57,114 nucleotides of DNA from the NCBI RefSeq assembly GCF_001194135.2, contig NC_068988.1, positions 53,783,386-53,840,499 of the forward strand, written 5' to 3'. The position numbers and the translations under genes were made by a program. The notes beneath the pieces were generated by a model. It saw only the letters and a list, made by a program, of their open reading frames with translations, was not told the DNA's origin and ran no database searches. Below, piece by piece: positions 50,110 through 57,114 of the stretch. Each line of letters opens with the position of its first letter. The first letter of the stretch is position 1. This DNA comes from Octopus bimaculoides. Its lineage: Eukaryota.

Positions 50110-52744
50110 GTTGTTTGTGGAGGACCAGCAGTCACCCATGCATACCAGTCTCCCCTCTCCATACTACTGATGTTGTCCAAGGGAAAAGCAAAGAGTGATA
50201 CAGCTTGGTACCAGTGACTTCACAGCTTATTTCTACAGCTGAGTAAACTGGAGCAATGTCAAATAAAGTATCTTGCTCAAAAACACAACCTGGTCTGGGA
50301 ATCAAGCTCACATCCTCATGATTGTAAACCCAATGCTGTAACCACTTAGCCATGCGCCAAATAAAAGATATTATTATTGTGGCAAAAATGGTTATACTGA
50401 AAGGCCCTACTCTAAGTTTTCGCCTATAAATTGGAAAGCATGAGGGAGGGCTTGTGCTTTAGACAGTCAGGGTAATCTTGGATCAGTGGGGTTTCTTGAT
50501 TGGCCCTAGTTGGAGTTTATCCTACATCAGCAGCCTTTATGTAAATCCCCACTCAAATTGTTGTCTGTCAATGTGATGTCTCCTTCATCTATATTCCTGT
50601 GGTTAATAAAAGAAATTATTATCAGCAGTGGTGATGATGCTTTATTTTATTTGCTGCAGAGGCATTGGAGGAAGGTTACATGTAGTGTGTGGGTTTTCAT
50701 AAGACAGTATGAAAAGAAGTAAAATGAGATGGGAAAAATAATAATAATTTTAAAATCGTTACATGTGTTTAATTATCCAGAAATGTCACACTTGAAAATG
50801 CAACAGAATAAGTATATATTGTAAATAGATTGGTAGATTTCATACAACATTCTACATTATGTGTAACATGTATTTTCCCATCCAGAGTTTTATAGATAGT
50901 ATTTGTTATCTTAGTTTATGTTAGGTTTAAAGTATGGAAGTATATATGTTTTATATGCACAAAATCAGCCTCAAACTCTCTCTCTCTCTTACACACACAA
51001 ACACACGGCTCTAGTTACTAATCCTCACCATCCTGACTCCCCAGTTCCTATTAAGGTATCTCTTTCCTCTTTCCCCACCAATCTCTATTTCCACTCTCTG
51101 CTCCCAAAGCAGCTGCTGTTTAAGCCCACAACTGCTTATGTGGCATGTGATGTTTGAATGACAAAAAAGACAGACAGAAACCAAAAGGACAAAAAAAAAA
51201 AGTGAAAAGAAGAAATTAGACCCTAGGTGATGGATGAATCCCTTTCATGTTCTGATGATAGCAGGTCACTAAGCCGGGGAGAGTGGGGGGGGGGATTCAA
51301 CCACAGCTTTCAAATGAATGGGTGGTATACTATTGTTTAATCAGAGTAGGTGGGCCTGGTGGAGGTAGTGGTGGTAGTGGCGAGCTGTAGTGCATGTGCC
51401 AGAATAAATTATGTACATATTTAATTCGCACGTTTCCTTCTCATCATACATGCAAATGATGCAAATAATAATCACTGGAGTGTAATTTATCATGTTATCA
51501 TATAAGAGAAACATGAAAATTGCATATTTATTACTATTATTGTTCATTATTATTATTATTTGGCAGAATTGTGAGACAAAAAAGTACTTAGAGTATTTCT
51601 TCCTGCAAAGGTCAAATTTTGCCTTTCATCCCTGCCTTCCTGAGCTAGTTTTCCACCACATTTCTTAAAAATTGTGGTAGAGGCCTTGGTCTTGGGACCA
51701 CTCATGTCTAGAAACTGAGGTTGGGGGTAAGCAAGGGCATGCTCCTCGTAGAAAATCCAGCTTCAAAAAAGCCTCATGATAGCAAAGGAGAATGGGCACC
51801 AGCCAGCCCAAAAGTTGGGGTGGGCTGCACCTGCCTACCTCGGTTGCTATGGCATTGAGGTAGATTTGGCCACTCCTGTTAATGGGGACAAAATTTGGAT
51901 TCAAAACACTGGATGATGATGATGATCCATATAGGACTTGATAAAATAAAGTACAAGTCCAGTACTGGGTTGATATAATTGACAAATGCCCTCCCTACCA
52001 TATTTCCGGCCTTGTATCTATGTTAGAAACAATTATTAATAGAATCTTTAGTGCATCAGACAAATTACTTGTGGTATTTGTTCTAACTCTACTCTTTATT
52101 CTTTGAATCTCATTGAGGTCACTTTTACCTTTCATCCTTTTGGAATTGATAAAAATAAAGTACCAGTCAAGTACTGGGTTCAATGATATAAACACACTCC
52201 CTCCACCAAAATGTCAGGCCTTTTGCCTACCTGGAATGTCATCAGGCACTGGCTGCCTTCTAATAGTTGGGCAATGAGGTTGATGGAAATCCTACATTAG
52301 CAGTATGTAGAAAGCTAGTGGTGGATAAGAGCAATAATGTCCTTGGGGAAACTCTAGATGTCAATGCAGATGAACTAGCTGTTCCATTTTAGATGACTTA
52401 CAGGTCCAATATTACTATGGATAACTTAGCGAAATCCTTGGCCTGTTAGTGCTATTGAAGAGTACTGCCAGTTCAAGATAAACTTTACAGGCATGGAAAT
52501 GTTGCCAAGTGGGACACTTTGATATGCACATTGTAATTAAACCATATTGCACATATTCATGTAGCATCTGAACATTGCTGACATGTGGAGTTATGTTGAA
52601 CAGCTGTTATCACTTGTAGGCTGAATCTATTGACTGAATCTTTTACAAAGCAGGGCAGGTGGTGTTGACAACTATTAATTTTCCCCTAAATTTTCCTTTA
52701 AGTTTTAAGTAAAATGACCAAGCATTTTGTTTTTATAGATACAG

Positions 52745-53040
52745 GTTAGGCTGTGTAGTTAAGAAGCTTGCTTTTCAACCATATGGTTTAGGATTCAGTT
52801 CCACTGCGAAGCACCTTGGTTAGATGTATTCTGTAACAATCCTGGGCTGACCAATGCCTTGTGAGTGAATTTGGTAGATGGAAACAATGTGGAAGCTCAT
52901 CACACCCACACCCAAATGTATGTGTTTCTCCCACCACCACTTGACAGCCAGTGTTAGTTTGTTTACATCCCTGTAACTTAGCAATTTGCCAAAAGAGAAT
53001 GATAGGATAAGTACCAGATTTAAAAATTAGTACTGGAGTT
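52745..53040 (+). mobile_element. SINE family B copy
   Basis: Head, core and tail motifs as in the other family B copies. Confidence 0.8.
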
Positions 53041-53049
53041 GATTTTATT

Positions 53050-53534
53050 TTGTCAGCTTAATGTGACAGTCCCATGAAAGGGAAGAATGCTACTGTTATT
53101 TAACCCTAGGAAACACTGTTTCTTGTTGGACTTGACACATTTCCTGTGTCCTTATGTTTTCAAAGTGGAGACAAGCACTTCCACCCAGCAAAGCCAACAT
53201 CCAGAGACTAGTTTCAGAGTCATTGCTCATCATCAGTCTGGANNNNNNNNNNTTATGTTTTCAAAGTGGAGACAAGCACTTCCACCCAGCAAAGCCAACA
53301 TCCAGAGACTAGTTTCAGAGTCATTGCTCATCATCAGTCTGGAGTAACATGGCTTGCTAGCTGTCGATGCCTATCCGCCTTTGAAAACATATATATTTCA
53401 AGTGAAATATATTCACTGATTTTTGAAAATAGAAATAATACATATACAAATAATCCAACAGGAAATGGTGTTTCCTAGGGCTAAATAACAGTAGCATTCT
53501 TCCCATTCATGGGACTGTCACATTAAGTTGACAA
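53050..53534. mobile_element. MITE with ~80-bp TIRs
   Basis: TTGTCAGCTTAATGTGACAGTCCCATGAAAGGGAAGAATGCTACTG...GTTGGA is mirrored at 53454-53534. Confidence 0.8.
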
Positions 53535-54089
53535 CATACTGTCACTTTATCGTGCTGCTACTGCATAAATCTCTCTGAGAGATTTAGAAATGTATTATTT
53601 GGAGTTGATCTGTTTGACTAAATCCTCCACAGGCAGTGCCTCGTCATGATCACAGCCCAGTGCCTGTAACAAGTAAAAATTAGATGACATCAAAACAGGA
53701 GACACTGATGTGGAAAGTGTCATCTGTCTTCACTACTTTACAGAATAAGAACAAGAAAAAAAAAAGCTTAATAAACAGACATGATATATGGTTTTGCTTT
53801 TCATTGGATACTTATATTTTCCCTAAGAAGAATGGCAGGAAATCATTTCCTTTGCTATGGAAAAGAAGTGAATGGCCCATTAATATAAAGCTTCTGTGAT
53901 CATTAACATTGTTGCAATAAATTTTAGACAGTTGATCCAGGCAGAGGAATAGAATGCTGGACTATAGACTATAAAATTCAGATGCTGCCATGTTTGGCTT
54001 TGAGTGTCATTAAAATAAGTATTATGTTCTGCTTGTTTTGGTTGACTTTTACACCTCTTCTCAGTTTTTTAATAAATTGTAAAATGAAC

Positions 54090-54480
54090 ATTGTTTTATT
54101 TTGGGATGGTCATTTTTCTTTTTTTGTTTTTGGTTTTAGCCAAATAATCACATACTCGTTCTTCACTTCAGATTTATCATTGTTCTTATTTTATTGTCCC
54201 TTGTCTGAAAACCTTTTGTCACACGTCCTGTCACCTCTTCAGCGACTCTCCATCCCATGTGTTTCCTCTTGTTCTGTTTGAGTCCATTGGACTAAACAGA
54301 ACAGGAGTAGAGATGTGTGAAGAAGTGACGGGATGTGTGACGAAAGATTTTCAGACAAGGGACAATATATTTTGTACAAAAATAAATCTGAAGTAAAGAA
54401 TGAGTATATAGTGCATGTGTTTATTTGACTAAAAAAACCAAAAAAAAACCAACAAAAGACCATCCTGAAATATGACAATA
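54090..54480. mobile_element. Old foldback element with central hairpin
   Basis: Arms of ~150 bp (54090-54240 vs 54320-54480) pair imperfectly. The centre reads GTTCTGTTT-G-AGTCCA-T-TGGACT-AAACAGAAC. Confidence 0.7.
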
Positions 54481-54654
54481 TCTGTTTCAACACACGATTT
54501 CACATCAGGGATCTTGTAAAACAAATACATAAATATAAAATGAACATTTCTCATATAGATATTTCTTTTGGCTCTCTGATTAAAAACAAAGAAATTACAT
54601 GAGTGACTGTTGTTGAATCTTAATGATTTTTATTTTATAGGGGCACTGGCATCG

Positions 54655-55343
54655 ATCTCACTTGGCTTGCTGGGTCTTCTCACGCACAGCACATTTCCAA
54701 AGGTCTCGGTCAGTAGTCATCGCCTCGGTGAGGCCCAATGTTCGAAGGTCTTGCCTTACCACCTCAGCCCAGGTCTTCCTGGGCCTACCTCTTCCACAGG
54801 TTCCCTCAACTGTTAGGGTGTGGCACTTTTTCACGCAGCTATCCTCATCCATTCTCACCATGTTCAGCTTTTCTCTCTGAACATAAGAAGCATCAGTTGT
54901 GGTGTGCAAGAGAGACGATTGCGCTGGTATGGACATGTGGTGAGAATGGATGAGGATAGCTGCGTGAAAAAGTGCCACACCCTAACAGTTGAGGGAGCCC
55001 ATGGAAGAGGTAGGCCCAGGAAGACCTGGGCTGAGGTGGTAAGGCAAGACCTTCGAACATTGGGCCTCACCAAGGCGATGACTACTGACCGAGACCTTTG
55101 GAAATGTGCTGTGCGTGAGAAGACCCGGCAAGCCAAGTGAGATGGGTGGCACATGGGATGCACCATTTTTGTGAGTGGCCGTTGCCAGTGCCGCCTGACT
55201 GGCCTTCATAGGATTTTCGAGCGAGATCGTTGCCAGTGCCCCTGGACTGGCTCTTGTGTGGGTGGCACATAAAAGACACAATTTTGAGCGTGGCCATTGC
55301 CAGTACCGCCTGACTGGCCCTCGTGCAGGTGACACGTAAAAGC
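54655..55343. mobile_element. RTE LINE 3' end present as an inverted duplication
   Basis: A minus copy at 54655-54862 and a plus copy at 54876-55343, both encoding ...DEDSCVKKCHTL...GRPRKTW...KQAK*. The plus copy ends in ~65-bp 3'UTR repeats. Confidence 0.9.
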
Positions 55344-56446
55344 NNNNNNNNNNNNNNNNNNNNNNNNNNNNNNNNNNNNNNNNNNNNNNNNNNNNNNNNN
55401 NNNNNNNNNNNNNNNNNNNNNNNNNNNNNNNNNNNNNNNNNNNNNNNNNNNNNNNNNNNNNNNNNNNNNNNNNNNNNNNNNNNNNNNNNNNNNNNNNNNN
55501 NNNNNNNNNNNNNNNNNNNNNNNNNNNNNNNNNNNNNNNNNNNNNNNNNNNNNNNNNNNNNNNNNNNNNNNNNNNNNNNNNNNNNNNNNNNNNNNNNNNN
55601 NNNNNNNNNNNNNNNNNNNNNNNNNNNNNNNNNNNNNNNNNNNNNNNNNNNNNNNNNNNNNNNNNNNNNNNNNNNNNNNNNNNNNNNNNNNNNNNNNNNN
55701 NNNNNNNNNNNNNNNNNNNNNNNNNNNNNNNNNNNNNNNNNNNNNNNNNNNNNNNNNNNNNNNNNNNNNNNNNNNNNNNNNNNNNNNNNNNNNNNNNNNN
55801 NNNNNNNNNNNNNNNNNNNNNNNNNNNNNNNNNNNNNNNNNNNNNNNNNNNNNNNNNNNNNNNNNNNNNNNNNNNNNNNNNNNNNNNNNNNNNNNNNNNN
55901 NNNNNNNNNNNNNNNNNNNNNNNNNNNNNNNNNNNNNNNNNNNNNNNNNNNNNNNNNNNNNNNNNNNNNNNNNNNNNNNNNNNNNNNNNNNNNNNNNNNN
56001 NNNNNNNNNNNNNNNNNNNNNNNNNNNNNNNNNNNNNNNNNNNNNNNNNNNNNNNNNNNNNNNNNNNNNNNNNNTCCACTATCACATATAGAAAAATTAA
56101 TAATTAAAAGCACAATAAATGAGTATAATATAAAGTAAAGTAAATATCATAAGATAAATATAATAAAAAGATTACACATGTTTCATAACTAATTTTCAAA
56201 TAGAAAAGAAATTTAAATCGATTAAAATCAATTGAAATTATCGAAAATAAATTCTATTCAAAAATATAGCTACTCGTCAGATCGTAAGTAGAATAATAAT
56301 TAGATATATATATCTCAACCAACAATAAGTACCAAATGAATTAATATGAAATACTTATTATATAAAGATAGAAAAATTATTAAAAATATCATATCAAAAT
56401 AATAACTATTCAATAATCATCCCTTCCTCCATTATAATAACATGTA

Positions 56447-56760
56447 TCTATATATATAAAAATGGGAATGTCTGTCTGTCTGTGTGTTTCCCTAAAACTC
56501 GAGAACTACACAACCAATTTCATTCAAATTTTACACATGTCTTACTTAGGGTTCCGGTTGTGTTTTAGTCAAAAAAAATTTTTTAACTTCTTGCATAGTT
56601 CGAGCCGACAGCAACATCATATCTTCTCCACTATTTAAGTATTACATGTCAAAAGTGAAACAAAAACACTCATGTCAAATACTTTCACTTTAAAAATGAA
56701 ACTATTCCACTAACTGAAACAATCACATTTCGATACTGTAATGACAGATACTTTCACTTT
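56447..56760 (+). mobile_element. Helitron/HINE-like non-autonomous element 5' part
   Basis: A|TCTATATATATAAAAATGGGAATGTCTGTCTGTCTG...AACTACACAACCAATTTCATTCAAATTTT. The 5'-TC start after A and the (GTCT)n tract are typical. The 3' CTAG/hairpin was not found. Confidence 0.5.
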
Positions 56761-57114
56761 AATGGTGTGTGTGTGTATATATATATATATATGTACAGAG
56801 AGAGAGAGAGAGATGTATATATATACATATACATGTATATGTACACGTATATGTATAGATATATATATAGATATAGATCTATATGCATACATGTATATGT
56901 ATACATATGTGTAGATGTATATATATAGGTGTACATCTAATATGTACACATATATAAATGCATACAGATATCTATACATATATACACCCATACACACACA
57001 CACACATATATATGCACACAAACACACACATTAGTCATTTGTTTTCTTATCCAAAACTACGTCAGAAGTATTGAATGGATCTTTAAGAAATTTGGAAATT
57101 ATATTCTATGCATA

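Noticed and set aside
53153-53342. Exact 90-bp direct repeat either side of a 10-N gap
   Set aside because: This is typical unmerged contig overlap, not a biological duplication.

Overview
This is repeat-rich, AT-rich animal genomic DNA from a draft scaffold with six N-gaps and abundant (TA)n, (CA)n, (GA)n and (ATCT)n microsatellites. The SINE/RTE repertoire strongly resembles coleoid cephalopods (Octopus); this is an inference from repeat style, not a database hit. I could not confidently recognise any host protein-coding exon. Most listed ORFs are microsatellite, N-gap or repeat artefacts. Supportable content: a decayed Tx1/L1-clade LINE whose endonuclease segment is inverted relative to ORF1; a full-length decayed mariner with intact TIRs; RTE-clade and Penelope-like RT fragments; a solo LTR nested in a SINE; many tRNA-derived SINEs; an unusually diverse set of foldback/MITE elements (Merlin-like, hAT/Charlie-like, mariner-like and unclassified, including a near-perfect 300-bp hairpin); a degenerate minimal hammerhead-ribozyme motif; and two CpG-rich, housekeeping-type promoter regions (about 19.2-19.8 kb and 28.9-29.7 kb) bordering CpG-depleted, gene-body-like DNA. 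I found no clear novel multi-gene system. The most notable items are structural-RNA candidates, the rearranged LINE and the orphan promoters.
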